Virus record (IMG/VR): IMGVR_UViG_3300032030_000028 | Location: 46,372-110,371 of that record | Source of the DNA: a virus | Lineage: Duplodnaviria > Caudoviricetes | Reading direction: 5' to 3' (one strand) | Length of the DNA stretch: 64,000 bases | Shown: one piece after another, positions 29,222-40,178 of the stretch | Layout of the letters: each line of letters opens with the position of its first letter | Numbering within the stretch: position 1 is the stretch's first letter | Program-made: the position numbers and the translations under genes | Notes under the pieces: model-generated | What the model saw: only the letters and a program-made list of their open reading frames with translations | The model's database searches: none | Told to the model about the DNA's origin: nothing

Positions 29222-31126
29222 TTATACACTTGTTGGATATCCAGTAGCTTGCTGAGCTTCCCGGTTAGTTTTATATTTGACGGTACCACCTAAACGTTTA
29301 TAGTCTTGCAAGAATTTTTCCATCATAGAACTATCATAATATCCAAACACTTTAGGAAAATTTTCTTCGCTTATAGCATATGTCTTTCCGGAGTCTCCTT
29401 CTACTTCTCCGGAAGCAAGCATTCTTATAGACATTGATATATCTCCAAGATCAATTTCTTTATATTTACGCAACTTTTCAACAAGATATCGCTCCTTATC
29501 AAAAATCTTTTTTTCTTCCGCGGCGGCACGCTCCCCTTCTATAGCATCAATGTCTTTCAGCTCATGTTCGGTAACTTTCTTTATAAAATCCATAAGACCG
29601 GCTGAAACTACCCAATAACCATGCAAGTTTGGATCATAATCCATTAAGAAACCTCCCATTTTTAATAATTTTACGATATACTCGTCGGCATCACGAGTAG
29701 AATCAAATTTCCACATATTTTCTAACCCAAATTCTTGAATGAATTCTTCAACCTTATATTGGCATTTATTAAAATAACTAAAGGTATTAGAAAATATTTT
29801 ATAAAAATCTTTTTTTCCACACGGAATAATAGCGGTTCTGCCCCGGTAATCTGTGATCCCCGTACGATACATAGCACCGATCATAATAGCAAAAAAAACT
29901 GTTTTGCACAAACGCTCTACATCTACTCCTACATGAAGTATTTGAGAATACCCCGGTGAAGTGAAATCGGAAAATAATCTCTCATAATTCACTTGACTCC
30001 TCTTAGTAGGCATCGGAAGTGCGAGGGTATTCATATTGTACCCTTTATAGCTTCCCCGAGTATTGATAATAAATCCTTCCGTGTCCTTGCCTTTATTGTA
30101 AGTATCGGCAAATACCCCCGCAATCCGGGATAAGAACCCGGGAGTATCATAAATATCTCGCATAATATTTAATACGAAATCATAAACATTTTCTAATCCT
30201 ACAAAAGGAGTATATACGGTCTTTTCGGGCACATATATGATATTGTTATTAGAATCTTTTGTAGGAACTATGGCTATTCTCCCAAATGGATCTTCTATGT
30301 TAGTATCATTACCTGATATTATATAACTTACAAAAGCTCCGTTCCGGATATCTCCGATGATCCGGCTTAGTGCTAATTCACGATCCATATTTGTTGTATT
30401 GCCTCCGTACAACTCCATACAGGATACCCATTTCCGATCCGTAGATTTTCCGGCGATATCATATTTGTGATTACTGAAACATAGCAGCATATCATCTTTA
30501 GGAGTAGACATAAATGTAAGAAGTAAATTATAAGCTTCTAACAACTCTTTTCTTCCGGATAATAATTTAGTAATTTTTATTTGTCTTTCGCGACCATCAT
30601 GCCCTTCATATGTCACTAAATTGGCGGTAAGATCCGCGGATACGTTTTGTATATTTTTATGACCTAAACTATCCCCAATCCAAAAACATATTTGACTTAT
30701 AATATTTTCTTCCCCTAAACTGAAAAGAAGTGCATCATCACCGTCACGAATTGCTTGATCTATTTTAGACTTAAGCAATTTAGACTTAAATTTTAAGGTA
30801 TCCGATAATATTTTAGCATCTTCCAAATTAAATCTCATCTCTCTATGCCACGTAAATGGATTTCCATCAGTATCAAAAGCTGAGGGTTTGTAATCTACTC
30901 TCATAGGTTTCATATCTACCCATTTTCGAGGAATAGGAATGTATATCCTATAACTATTCTGGCTTATAAATCCTCCGTGCTTAGTACAATATTCCCCTAA
31001 GATCTTCCAGAACTCCATCAAATATGTTTCCGCTATATCGGATCTATCAATATTTCCAAAATTATCTCTATAGAAACCATAATTCAGAGCTTCCGACAAA
31101 TTTAATTGCTTTTTAAAAGATTTCAT
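29222..31126 (-). CDS. Hypothetical protein with a capsid-targeting-like leader
   Basis: MKSFKKQLNLSEA; internal YDIAGKSTDRKWVSCM. Confidence 0.55.
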   Translation of the reverse strand: MKSFKKQLNLSEALNYGFYRDNFGNIDRSDIAETYLMEFWKILGEYCTKHGGFISQNSYRIYIPIPRKWVDMKPMRVDYKPSAFDTDGNPFTWHREMRFNLEDAKILSDTLKFKSKLLKSKIDQAIRDGDDALLFSLGEENIISQICFWIGDSLGHKNIQNVSADLTANLVTYEGHDGRERQIKITKLLSGRKELLEAYNLLLTFMSTPKDDMLLCFSNHKYDIAGKSTDRKWVSCMELYGGNTTNMDRELALSRIIGDIRNGAFVSYIISGNDTNIEDPFGRIAIVPTKDSNNNIIYVPEKTVYTPFVGLENVYDFVLNIMRDIYDTPGFLSRIAGVFADTYNKGKDTEGFIINTRGSYKGYNMNTLALPMPTKRSQVNYERLFSDFTSPGYSQILHVGVDVERLCKTVFFAIMIGAMYRTGITDYRGRTAIIPCGKKDFYKIFSNTFSYFNKCQYKVEEFIQEFGLENMWKFDSTRDADEYIVKLLKMGGFLMDYDPNLHGYWVVSAGLMDFIKKVTEHELKDIDAIEGERAAAEEKKIFDKERYLVEKLRKYKEIDLGDISMSIRMLASGEVEGDSGKTYAISEENFPKVFGYYDSSMMEKFLQDYKRLGGTVKYKTNREAQQATGYPTSV

Positions 31127-31144
31127 AGAATTAATACATATTTA

Positions 31145-32947
31145 CTAATATAATAATTCTCGTTGGTTCATAAAATCACCCATTCTCAAATATTCGGATG
31201 CTTGTCTTATCAATCTTGGATCGCTCGAATTGGAAATATTCGGTCCCATAGCGGCATAATAGTTTACATATTTTTCATTAGTGATATTATTCCGGTCTTC
31301 AAAATCTTCTCGCAGATATTTGAATTGTAGAGATTCTTCAGCCAAGACCAGCTGAGCCTGAGACATGACCATATCATCATGTCCGAAACTGGCTTCATAG
31401 GAAGATCCGGATTGGGCGAAATTTTTTAGTTCTAATAGGAATTTGACATCATTGTTTTGAATGTATCCTTTCTCGAAAGCTGTCTTGAAGAGCTTACACA
31501 TCTTATTCTTGCTAGATTTAGTAATCCGAATTCCTAATTTGAACTTGTCGTAATTATCATCATTATAAAATTTGATAATATTGCTATACCAATGTTCTTT
31601 AAGTTTGTCTATCCATAATTCTCCATATAAGTTATATTCTATGGAAATCAGGAATCTTTCCGGGTGTAAATAATTTCTATAGAACTCAGATAATCTAGAA
31701 CAGCATTCTTTATCGTCTAATGTATTGGTCCGAAAGTATCCTATAGTCTTAGTAATAGGATCATTATTGTCGGACACTCCTATAAGTTGATTAAAGGTCT
31801 GCACCGTATAATCTCCACCTATGCCTTCGGAAATATCCGTAGTAAGTACCAAATATTGATTTCGGAGGTCATAAATATCCACATCCGGATCCCAATAAAA
31901 ATCATCATTGAAACATCCCAGCATATCCTTTACTATAAATTCTATAGTGGATTTGGCACAGTCATTGAGTTTCTTTTTAGAAATCAGAGCGTTGTTAGCG
32001 GAGCTGAACTCGGTCCCAAACTGCTCATTGAATGCATCTTCACTTCCTAGGTTGCCTATTTGCATTTGCTTCCAAGCATCATCTCGTTTATACCATATCT
32101 TCTTATCAGGGTCCCATTCCGGAACCTGATCCCAGTCTACCTTAAATGCCGCATATTCATTTTCTCCCTTCACGGCGGCGGTATAGATCTTAGAAAATAA
32201 CTCTAACCCGTTCTGAGTAGAGGTGATCATCAAGCGAGCACGTCCTGCGGAAATGGTAGGGAATATATTTTTATAGAAAGGCTCTTGAATATTAGGGGCG
32301 ATATGAGCAAACTCATCCAACAAGACACAGTGCAAGGTATAGCCGATACCCGAACGCGGTGTGGTGGCTTCGGCGATGATCATGCAGCCGTTATCCAGAG
32401 AGATCTTGCCTTCATTCCAGACCCGGATTCCCGGTTTCAGGAAATAAGGTAGCTCATAGAAGATATCTTTTGTTTTTTTCAAGATTTCTACGGCGGTATC
32501 TCTTTTGTTTCCTAATACCATTGCATTTTTGTCCGTATTGAATATTATATACCAGAGCATGAAAATAGCGGAGGTAGTCGTTTTTCCGGATTGTCTTGCT
32601 GAAAGCATGATACTCAAGCGGTTATTTTGCAAATGTTTTAAGTAATCTTCTTGATAATCTCTCAAAGATATGTTTTTAATTCCATCCGGAGTCATCAGCT
32701 TACAATAGGTGTTGGCAAAATATATGATGTCATTAGCACATTTCTTCCATTCTTTGATTTCCTCGGAAGTTCTTTTATATAGTAAATCGGGCTTTAAGAG
32801 TTTAGTATTTTTCTCATAAAACGGATTGACGGCCAGAGGCAAACCCTTATCGATGCCATCCAGTGCCTGCTTTATGATCTTGCTAGTCCACTGGACGGCT
32901 TCCGCCTTTTTGCCGCCCACGGTTTCTTTTATAGGATTAAAAGCCAT
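31145..32947 (-). CDS. terL: Terminase large subunit (T4 gp17-like)
   Basis: LRDYQ, Walker A ARQSGKTT, Walker B LLDEFAH, ITST, nuclease motifs DISEGIGGDY and GHDDMVM. Confidence 0.95.
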   Translation of the reverse strand: MAFNPIKETVGGKKAEAVQWTSKIIKQALDGIDKGLPLAVNPFYEKNTKLLKPDLLYKRTSEEIKEWKKCANDIIYFANTYCKLMTPDGIKNISLRDYQEDYLKHLQNNRLSIMLSARQSGKTTTSAIFMLWYIIFNTDKNAMVLGNKRDTAVEILKKTKDIFYELPYFLKPGIRVWNEGKISLDNGCMIIAEATTPRSGIGYTLHCVLLDEFAHIAPNIQEPFYKNIFPTISAGRARLMITSTQNGLELFSKIYTAAVKGENEYAAFKVDWDQVPEWDPDKKIWYKRDDAWKQMQIGNLGSEDAFNEQFGTEFSSANNALISKKKLNDCAKSTIEFIVKDMLGCFNDDFYWDPDVDIYDLRNQYLVLTTDISEGIGGDYTVQTFNQLIGVSDNNDPITKTIGYFRTNTLDDKECCSRLSEFYRNYLHPERFLISIEYNLYGELWIDKLKEHWYSNIIKFYNDDNYDKFKLGIRITKSSKNKMCKLFKTAFEKGYIQNNDVKFLLELKNFAQSGSSYEASFGHDDMVMSQAQLVLAEESLQFKYLREDFEDRNNITNEKYVNYYAAMGPNISNSSDPRLIRQASEYLRMGDFMNQRELLY

Positions 32948-33015
32948 ATTGTTATCTTGATTTCACAAAATAATACGGATCTTATTCTATTTTTTATAGA
33001 AAACAAAGACCTGAT

Positions 33016-35343
33016 ATGGCTCGTTATCAATTATTTCGTACCTCTCCAAGCCTTTCCGGACAAGTAAGATTAGATATAATAGTGAATAAAGATCCGGAAA
33101 CACAGATAATAACGGGAGATGATATTCATATAGTCCCAATTAATGATAATATAGACTTTAATGAATCTAATAAGCGCCGAACTTTAAATTATTCTCATCG
33201 AGAAAATATTAAAAATCTTTATAGAGAGATAAGTGGAGATTTTTATAGCTCTGCCGGAGAATATGTTGAAAAAACCTGGTTATATGACGGAATCTCTAGA
33301 AAAGATCCGCATTCTCATACATATATGGCCGGGCCGAAAAGGATGAGATATACCAGATATGAGAAACAGTTTTCATATATGATTCCCGTATGGATCTCGG
33401 AATACACAGATTTTAATAAAATAAGGTTTGTGTGTCATGCTGGATCGGAAGATCAAGATGTTATTATAAGTTCCTTCAAGCTATCTCCCGACATAGTCCG
33501 ATATCTGCAAGAATATATGGGGACATCAGCTACAGGTGAATGCGTTTCGGACAATCTTTTGAATATAGATCTGGGAAATATGAGTTCATATATTCAGGGA
33601 ATCCAAGCCGATACCGGGCAATATATGACCAGAGATACTTCTTATATCATGAATTTCTTGTTCAAAAGAGAAAGACCTATGCTAGAATTAGACTCGGCCT
33701 TGCTGGATTTATTCCGACAAAACAATATAATAGCTCAACAGATATTGAATCTGAATTTTGTTTTTAACATTAAAGATATTTCCGGAGCTTGGCCTGAATA
33801 TTATCTTTACAATAAACAAATCCGAATATGGATAGATGTTCAATATGAAAATAAATCATTAGAATATAAAGATTTATATACAAATTATCAGTTTATTCCA
33901 AAATATAATTTACAATCCGGAGGATATACCCACGACAATGTATTGGATTTTATGGAAGACTATAATTGTGTCGATTTGGTAAGTGTAAATAAATTCACCC
34001 AGCCTATATTTCATTGGGCATTGGTCAATAATCCAAAATACATATTCAATCTATATTCGGGGTGTGCTCCATATATAGAAAAAAATATGGTGCTAGACGG
34101 GGGTACATTTAACTGGGTGGATATATCGCTTGACGAAGCCGACCCGTGGCGGCAGAATTGGAAATGGATTAAATTTGCAAATAAAACCGGAATATCCAAC
34201 TGGTCTGGTGATTATGATGATGATATTAATCATGACCGGCCTGATTATAAATTTTCCAAGATAATTGTCAATCCCGGCAGTCTGGCTATAGAAAGCAATT
34301 TGTTTAGAAAGTTCTTCAACGACGAAGATGAATCGGCATGGGCTAGCGTCTGGAAGAAACTGGAAGCTAAAAATATATGGATGACTTTGATTTTAAATAC
34401 AAATCAGTCCGATAAATATGAATTTAATTTCAGGATATCCGGAAATAACATTTTTATTTTCATAAAATGCAATAATCTGGATGACATGGTATTATATAAA
34501 ATGTGTCACGATGAAGACCTTCCGGGTATTATTGACGAAATTCCGGATGGGTATGATAATGTGAGTCTCGAAGATATGGATTTAATTAAAAGTTTATTGA
34601 GATATATTATAGGTGAAAATGATATATCCAATAAAAATTTATGGGATAGATGGATACGGCCGAATCTTGTCGAATTTGATAATATTTTAGATATTTATAA
34701 AGAAAATAAAAATTTATCGGGCCAAACAACAAAAGAATTCAAATATTCGGAACATTCTAGTGCTGACTATGATGGATTATATCGTTATTCCGGAAATTTA
34801 TGTCCGATTTTTATAGATCCTGAAGACCCTATATTTTATAATCAATACTATAGATATTATCAGTGGGATAATAAACGGAGCGATGTGATGAGAGAATGTG
34901 CGGCTTTGAAAAACAAGAAAATTCCCATGAACTACCCATCTATTAAGATAGGTAAAGATCATAATGGTGATATAACGTATTTTCCATGGATTGAAGGCGG
35001 CAGTTCGTTATCATCTCCTTTTTACGCCGATTGGCATCGCGATGTGCTATGGGGTAGACATAGTATTTTATGGAATTTGCCGCCAACGGTAAAATTCCAA
35101 AAAGAAATATCAAAAAATCTATCGCCCGCGGATATCGAAAACGAGATATGGCGTGGATTTATAAAGGCTCTTAAAGATATGGATTCCTCTCAAGACTGTC
35201 CCTTAGCGGATATCATCGAGGAGTATCCGGACGAATTTCGAGAATTTATAAATAAAAATTATTTAGTAATTCAAAATTTTGAATATAAGAGTCTCACCGA
35301 TATCGACAATATTATTTATACAGTAACATATAAATTAAGATAA
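33016..35343 (+). CDS. Putative virion structural protein
   Basis: 775-aa ORF divergent from terL; assignment from context only. Confidence 0.45.
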   Translation: MARYQLFRTSPSLSGQVRLDIIVNKDPETQIITGDDIHIVPINDNIDFNESNKRRTLNYSHRENIKNLYREISGDFYSSAGEYVEKTWLYDGISRKDPHSHTYMAGPKRMRYTRYEKQFSYMIPVWISEYTDFNKIRFVCHAGSEDQDVIISSFKLSPDIVRYLQEYMGTSATGECVSDNLLNIDLGNMSSYIQGIQADTGQYMTRDTSYIMNFLFKRERPMLELDSALLDLFRQNNIIAQQILNLNFVFNIKDISGAWPEYYLYNKQIRIWIDVQYENKSLEYKDLYTNYQFIPKYNLQSGGYTHDNVLDFMEDYNCVDLVSVNKFTQPIFHWALVNNPKYIFNLYSGCAPYIEKNMVLDGGTFNWVDISLDEADPWRQNWKWIKFANKTGISNWSGDYDDDINHDRPDYKFSKIIVNPGSLAIESNLFRKFFNDEDESAWASVWKKLEAKNIWMTLILNTNQSDKYEFNFRISGNNIFIFIKCNNLDDMVLYKMCHDEDLPGIIDEIPDGYDNVSLEDMDLIKSLLRYIIGENDISNKNLWDRWIRPNLVEFDNILDIYKENKNLSGQTTKEFKYSEHSSADYDGLYRYSGNLCPIFIDPEDPIFYNQYYRYYQWDNKRSDVMRECAALKNKKIPMNYPSIKIGKDHNGDITYFPWIEGGSSLSSPFYADWHRDVLWGRHSILWNLPPTVKFQKEISKNLSPADIENEIWRGFIKALKDMDSSQDCPLADIIEEYPDEFREFINKNYLVIQNFEYKSLTDIDNIIYTVTYKLR

Positions 35344-35350
35344 ACCAAGT

Positions 35351-38332
35351 ATGGCTGAAATTAGAGATTTTTTAATCCCCATAACGGTACCCAATATATC
35401 TTCGTCAGATTTCGCGATAGATTTTGAAGCCTTTTGTGTCGCCGTAAAGGATAATATAAACAAAATAGTGAGTGCTCCGTTTCTCAAGGGCGATCGGGGA
35501 AGCCGGGTGCGAATAAAAAACGAATACTTGAAACTCCAAGTTGATTCAAATGGGACTTCTCATGAAGAATGGTCCGATTTCGCCAAATGCTTGGTTAGAT
35601 CTATATATGGGAATCATCCGGGATCCGTCAATCCGGATTTGCCATTACCGTTAATGGATATAGATGAAACTCATCCGGACGGACTTATAATACCAGAGGA
35701 TGATGATTGGGAGACGATGGTGTCTATAGACGGTGGTTATGCGTCTCCGGCGATTATCGGATATGAATTTGAATTGTTTGATGATGCTTCGGGAGAAGTA
35801 TCTCATGGTACCGGAAAAATGAAGGTATTGTCTTCAACAGACACCACCTCGGTAATTTCTATCGTCGAACATTCCGGAATCGGGATATCGGGTAGAGAAT
35901 TTGTTATTGGATCTTCGGAAGAAAATTTTGATCCCGAAACATACTATCAATTAGTAGAGCAGGATTCTCCGGTCAATCTATGGATGAAAATCGGAGATAA
36001 AATCAATCTCCATGGAGACGATGAGGATAATTTTGAAATGTTCTTTTCTTATGACATATTCAAGAATTTAGAATATATTCCAGTATGTTATGATGAAGAT
36101 TCTGGTAAAAAATTCTTATGTGTACCGTTTTATTTCTTTGACGGCAGACTTAATTACGTAGGATATATGGACTGGTCTCTTTCGCTATTTCGCGATATGT
36201 CGGTCACGGTGTTTGGTGAAGCGACACTGGAATTTCAAGGTGATAATCCTACCAAGGAGGAAATTGAAGACCCAAACTGCTGGATATGGTCTATGGAGAC
36301 CACAAATGCGTTTCCTAAATTATATTATAATGTCGATCTTAAACAGTTTTGCTGGGAAATTGCCGGAGAACAAACTAATATTATAGCTCAGGGATTGAAA
36401 GGAGATAAAGGCGATTCTGCAAATATATGGGTGTGTGAAGGGTCCGTCACCGGAGGGACTGATGAAGAATCTATATTGATTAATAGAATATTAGCACCAT
36501 ATGATGGCATGCCTATTTCTAATATCCAATCTGGAGATCTTATCGTAGTATTATATGATGATAATGAAGGAGCCGCCGAGCCTGGTGAAGAACCTCCATA
36601 TCGGAGAGTTCAGTTTGGCATAGCCCATGTAGCCGGACAAATATGTTATATAGATTATAAATATAACTGTGAAATCATCCATAAACTCAGAAATTATAGT
36701 CTGCATGATTACCTGAGAAGCATAGGAGTAGATCCAAATGGAGACGATTCGATTGGTGGGGTTATTACCGCCTTATATACATTAGAAAGAGGTGGGCGGG
36801 CTAACGCTATGGCTATGTGGGCGAGTAGATGGGATTTGAATGCCGGAGAATATGATGATGATAATCATTTTATAGCACCCATATCTCTCGGCAAAACATC
36901 CGGTAATCTACAAGAGACCGACAAGAATACCTTGTCTAATAAGATTCTAAATATTCTATATGATGATGTAGTATTCAAAAAGACAATACATGTTGATAAC
37001 ATAATTTCCAATAATGGCATGAATACTAATGCGGTTGGAGTTCTGCAAAATCCGATTTCGGGGAATTATCTGAAGGAATATCGGCTTGGTGTGCTCTGCA
37101 ACGTGCTGTCCGCTAGGAAGTCCGATAACCCTGTAACGGGCAGAATGGGTGAAGGGCTTATACCAAATTTAGCGGTTTCCGATGAAAATCCGTCTCATGC
37201 CGATATAATTGCTAAATCAACTAGTGCTTTTCTATATATAGAGTGTGAACTAATAGTGGGATGGATCCCTTCGATTATAGCGGACATTTTTAACGAAAAC
37301 CTGAGTGACAATAGAAATACCCCAACTTTAGACATATACAGAGCGCAAAAATATCATTTGTATGTGAGAGTTCCGGTATCCGGGAGCAATAATGTTGCCG
37401 CCATTTCTTTAGACGGGCATGCCTGGAGCCCCAATATATATCTAAACACTACTACTGGATCGGCAACCGCTTCTTCTTCACTATCTCACAAAGGATCGGG
37501 ACGAAATCTATCTATATCTATAGACAATTCCATGGTATTTGAAGAAAATATCAAGCAAGAAAATAAAACGGAAGTAGATTCTTGGTTCAACAATGCTACA
37601 TTCCATATACAAAATAGACTTACCGGATATTCGACTCCCGGAGGCCGGGAATTCTTCTATGAATACAGAACGCCGAAAGGATTTTTATGTAAAGATAAAA
37701 TCAAATATAGTGTTAGCATCAGCGATAATAAATATTGTTTTTACTTGAATCAATTTAGATTGTCTGGGGGGCAATTAAGAATGTCCGCGGGTGGAGATTT
37801 TAATGTAGATAATTTGATCTGGTTTGGATCTCGCAATACATCTAGTTCTCCGATAGGATATAGAGATAATACTACATCGGAATCTTTATTATGGCCTCTC
37901 ACCGACGACGGATATTCTTTTTTAAATTACTTTAAATCCGGTCAGAATAATTATATTCGTACAACGAATGATGAAGGTAATTATATGTGGCAAGGCCGCA
38001 TTTTAAGTGCTAATCCGAAAAATAATACAGCCGCCGGTAAAAAACAAGATTTATATTATATCAATACTTCGTTTTACGAAACTTTATATCCTGCTGAATT
38101 CTTTACATTTATAGTTAAAAATCCGGATCTAGATACCTATAATACATCTACTAGACACATTTCGCGAGTACCGATAAATTCCGCTATACATATTTATCCC
38201 GAAGGAATATGTGGGCTGGCCTATGATAGAGTAGTGACGACTAGTGAAAACCAAGCCTGGGGTCCGGATATTGTGAATCCTGCTCAGGCGGCTAGTGGAA
38301 CATATGTTCCTTCCCAGCAGGTGGAATCTTGA
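35351..38332 (+). CDS. Putative tail fibre/baseplate protein
   Basis: 993 aa with short G-X-Y stretches (KGDRG, QGLKGDKGD). Confidence 0.45.
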   Translation: MAEIRDFLIPITVPNISSSDFAIDFEAFCVAVKDNINKIVSAPFLKGDRGSRVRIKNEYLKLQVDSNGTSHEEWSDFAKCLVRSIYGNHPGSVNPDLPLPLMDIDETHPDGLIIPEDDDWETMVSIDGGYASPAIIGYEFELFDDASGEVSHGTGKMKVLSSTDTTSVISIVEHSGIGISGREFVIGSSEENFDPETYYQLVEQDSPVNLWMKIGDKINLHGDDEDNFEMFFSYDIFKNLEYIPVCYDEDSGKKFLCVPFYFFDGRLNYVGYMDWSLSLFRDMSVTVFGEATLEFQGDNPTKEEIEDPNCWIWSMETTNAFPKLYYNVDLKQFCWEIAGEQTNIIAQGLKGDKGDSANIWVCEGSVTGGTDEESILINRILAPYDGMPISNIQSGDLIVVLYDDNEGAAEPGEEPPYRRVQFGIAHVAGQICYIDYKYNCEIIHKLRNYSLHDYLRSIGVDPNGDDSIGGVITALYTLERGGRANAMAMWASRWDLNAGEYDDDNHFIAPISLGKTSGNLQETDKNTLSNKILNILYDDVVFKKTIHVDNIISNNGMNTNAVGVLQNPISGNYLKEYRLGVLCNVLSARKSDNPVTGRMGEGLIPNLAVSDENPSHADIIAKSTSAFLYIECELIVGWIPSIIADIFNENLSDNRNTPTLDIYRAQKYHLYVRVPVSGSNNVAAISLDGHAWSPNIYLNTTTGSATASSSLSHKGSGRNLSISIDNSMVFEENIKQENKTEVDSWFNNATFHIQNRLTGYSTPGGREFFYEYRTPKGFLCKDKIKYSVSISDNKYCFYLNQFRLSGGQLRMSAGGDFNVDNLIWFGSRNTSSSPIGYRDNTTSESLLWPLTDDGYSFLNYFKSGQNNYIRTTNDEGNYMWQGRILSANPKNNTAAGKKQDLYYINTSFYETLYPAEFFTFIVKNPDLDTYNTSTRHISRVPINSAIHIYPEGICGLAYDRVVTTSENQAWGPDIVNPAQAASGTYVPSQQVES

Positions 38333-38389
38333 AAATTATAAATTTATGAACAGTTATTTATTATTGAAATACCAAATAAAAGATAAGAA

Positions 38390-39646
38390 ATGAATAGTGT
38401 TTACAAGACATTAGTGGAGCTCGACTTTCCAAACATTCTTTTCGAAGCCGACGCTATGACCGCAACGGGTCAAGAATTGATCAACAAGTACAAAAAATCT
38501 GTTATGATGGGCGAAACCACATGCGCTATGGTCAACAATTTTATTAAAGAGGCAAAAGATTATACTTATGATTCCGGAGTGTCCGAAGCTCTTGGTAAAA
38601 TATCTGATGTCTTGAATGCTAATAAATATTCCTGGGCTATTTCTAGTGCATGCGAGAGTATCCAAGCTAATAAGTCCACTTATAATTATTTAGCCCGCAA
38701 TGCTGCGGAAAAAGTCATGCCGATTCTCGAAATGGGAGAGGATGAGATAGTTCAATACATTAAAAGCGGTGCTTTAAAGAGTGTGATGCATGTTGAGCAG
38801 TTCCGCAATATTGCGAAGTCCGTTTTTAAAGATCAACCTATTGTAGAGTATATCGACAAATTTAAAGCAATCAGACCGATTTCTATTGTAGAAGATAATG
38901 ATTCGGCTATTTTCTTCGAAGTTCTCGGTAATATCTATAAAATTCAAGATAAACTTTTATATGAAGCTGCCGCTAACGAGGTTAGCGATACTTTCATCAC
39001 TATCTCCCAGCTTTTAGAAAGTAATATGGTAACTTTAGATACCGTCAATGAAAGTGTGACTTTGAATTTTGGAGATAAAAAATACGAAGTTTCTAAACAA
39101 GATGAAGTAACTTTGATCTCGGGAGATAATCGTAGAGTTATGAATACCGCTCAATTGCGAGAGAATAACAACCTTTACATTTCCGCTCTTCCGAATACGG
39201 CATCCAAATATAATCAAGCCGCGGTATTAGAAGCTTTAGCTAAATTGGTAGAAAATTTCGATAGAGTCCATGTGATGGATAATGTTTATGTTATCGAGTC
39301 ACAATTCGATAAATTTTTCATTATCGAAAACGATGGCAAGGCGGTAGCTAAAAGCATAGTCTCAGGTCATAATGTCAGATTAAATGAATCCGGAAATATC
39401 ACGGAAGTGCTGAACACTATTAAAAAGCAGACTAAAATTGATCTTACCGAAAAATACTCCGAATCTATTGGTAAAAACATTCGAGATGCCGAAGAAGTGG
39501 AAGCCAAGCAAATTCAAGAATCTCTTGAAGATTCTCGGAATGATCAGAGACGCCAGAAAATCGAAGAACTCACCAAGAGATATAAAAATGATCCGGCTAA
39601 ATTAGCGGTGCTTTCTAAAATCGCTTCGGAATTAAATACGCTCTAA
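38390..39646 (+). CDS. Putative prohead core/scaffold-like protein
   Basis: Many x-x-E|S/A candidate protease sites (LFEA, LLES, VNES, LNES, YSES, IQES) and a C-terminal coiled coil. Confidence 0.4.
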   Translation: MNSVYKTLVELDFPNILFEADAMTATGQELINKYKKSVMMGETTCAMVNNFIKEAKDYTYDSGVSEALGKISDVLNANKYSWAISSACESIQANKSTYNYLARNAAEKVMPILEMGEDEIVQYIKSGALKSVMHVEQFRNIAKSVFKDQPIVEYIDKFKAIRPISIVEDNDSAIFFEVLGNIYKIQDKLLYEAAANEVSDTFITISQLLESNMVTLDTVNESVTLNFGDKKYEVSKQDEVTLISGDNRRVMNTAQLRENNNLYISALPNTASKYNQAAVLEALAKLVENFDRVHVMDNVYVIESQFDKFFIIENDGKAVAKSIVSGHNVRLNESGNITEVLNTIKKQTKIDLTEKYSESIGKNIRDAEEVEAKQIQESLEDSRNDQRRQKIEELTKRYKNDPAKLAVLSKIASELNTL

Positions 39647-39667
39647 TCTAATTGTAAATAGAATAAG

Positions 39668-39694
39668 AAAGGACCTCATTGAGGTCCTTTTTTT
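39668..39694. terminator. Bidirectional terminator
   Basis: AAAGGACCTC-ATT-GAGGTCCTTTTTTT between convergent genes. Confidence 0.85.
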
Positions 39695-40178
39695 ATCGCG
39701 GGAATCTTACTATTTTATGATATTTTCCCCAAGCATTCGGTATCGGATTATATTTTTCCGACCGCTCGAACCCAAATTTCCCATACAGTTTATACAACAT
39801 ATCTAACGGTGTTTTAAACATATCATCCGGATCTCCGACAAGGACAACATTATTATCATCTGCCCATAACGTTAATTCATCTAGGACATTTGTGGCTATC
39901 CCCCGATTGCGAAGAGCGGGTTTTACTTGTATAGATACGAGCTCTACTACCATATTATTTGTGCCAAATGCTTTCTTTTGCGAATCGTCTCGTTTGAGTA
40001 TGAGTTCGCTTAAACCATATTCTTCGGACAATTCCGGATGGAGATTATCCTCCGGGTCCATGCTGATTATAAAAGTCTCTAAGTTTCTTGAAAAATACTT
40101 TTCAAGAGTTTTATATAGTCTCCCTGGTTTTGTTTTTTTAGCAGGTCGTCCTATTATGGATTCAATAATATTTTTCAT
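39693..40178 (-). CDS. GNAT acetyltransferase with SIIGR leader
   Basis: MKNIIESIIGR; VKPALRNRGIA; LYGKFGF. Confidence 0.8.
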   Translation of the reverse strand: MKNIIESIIGRPAKKTKPGRLYKTLEKYFSRNLETFIISMDPEDNLHPELSEEYGLSELILKRDDSQKKAFGTNNMVVELVSIQVKPALRNRGIATNVLDELTLWADDNNVVLVGDPDDMFKTPLDMLYKLYGKFGFERSEKYNPIPNAWGKYHKIVRFPR

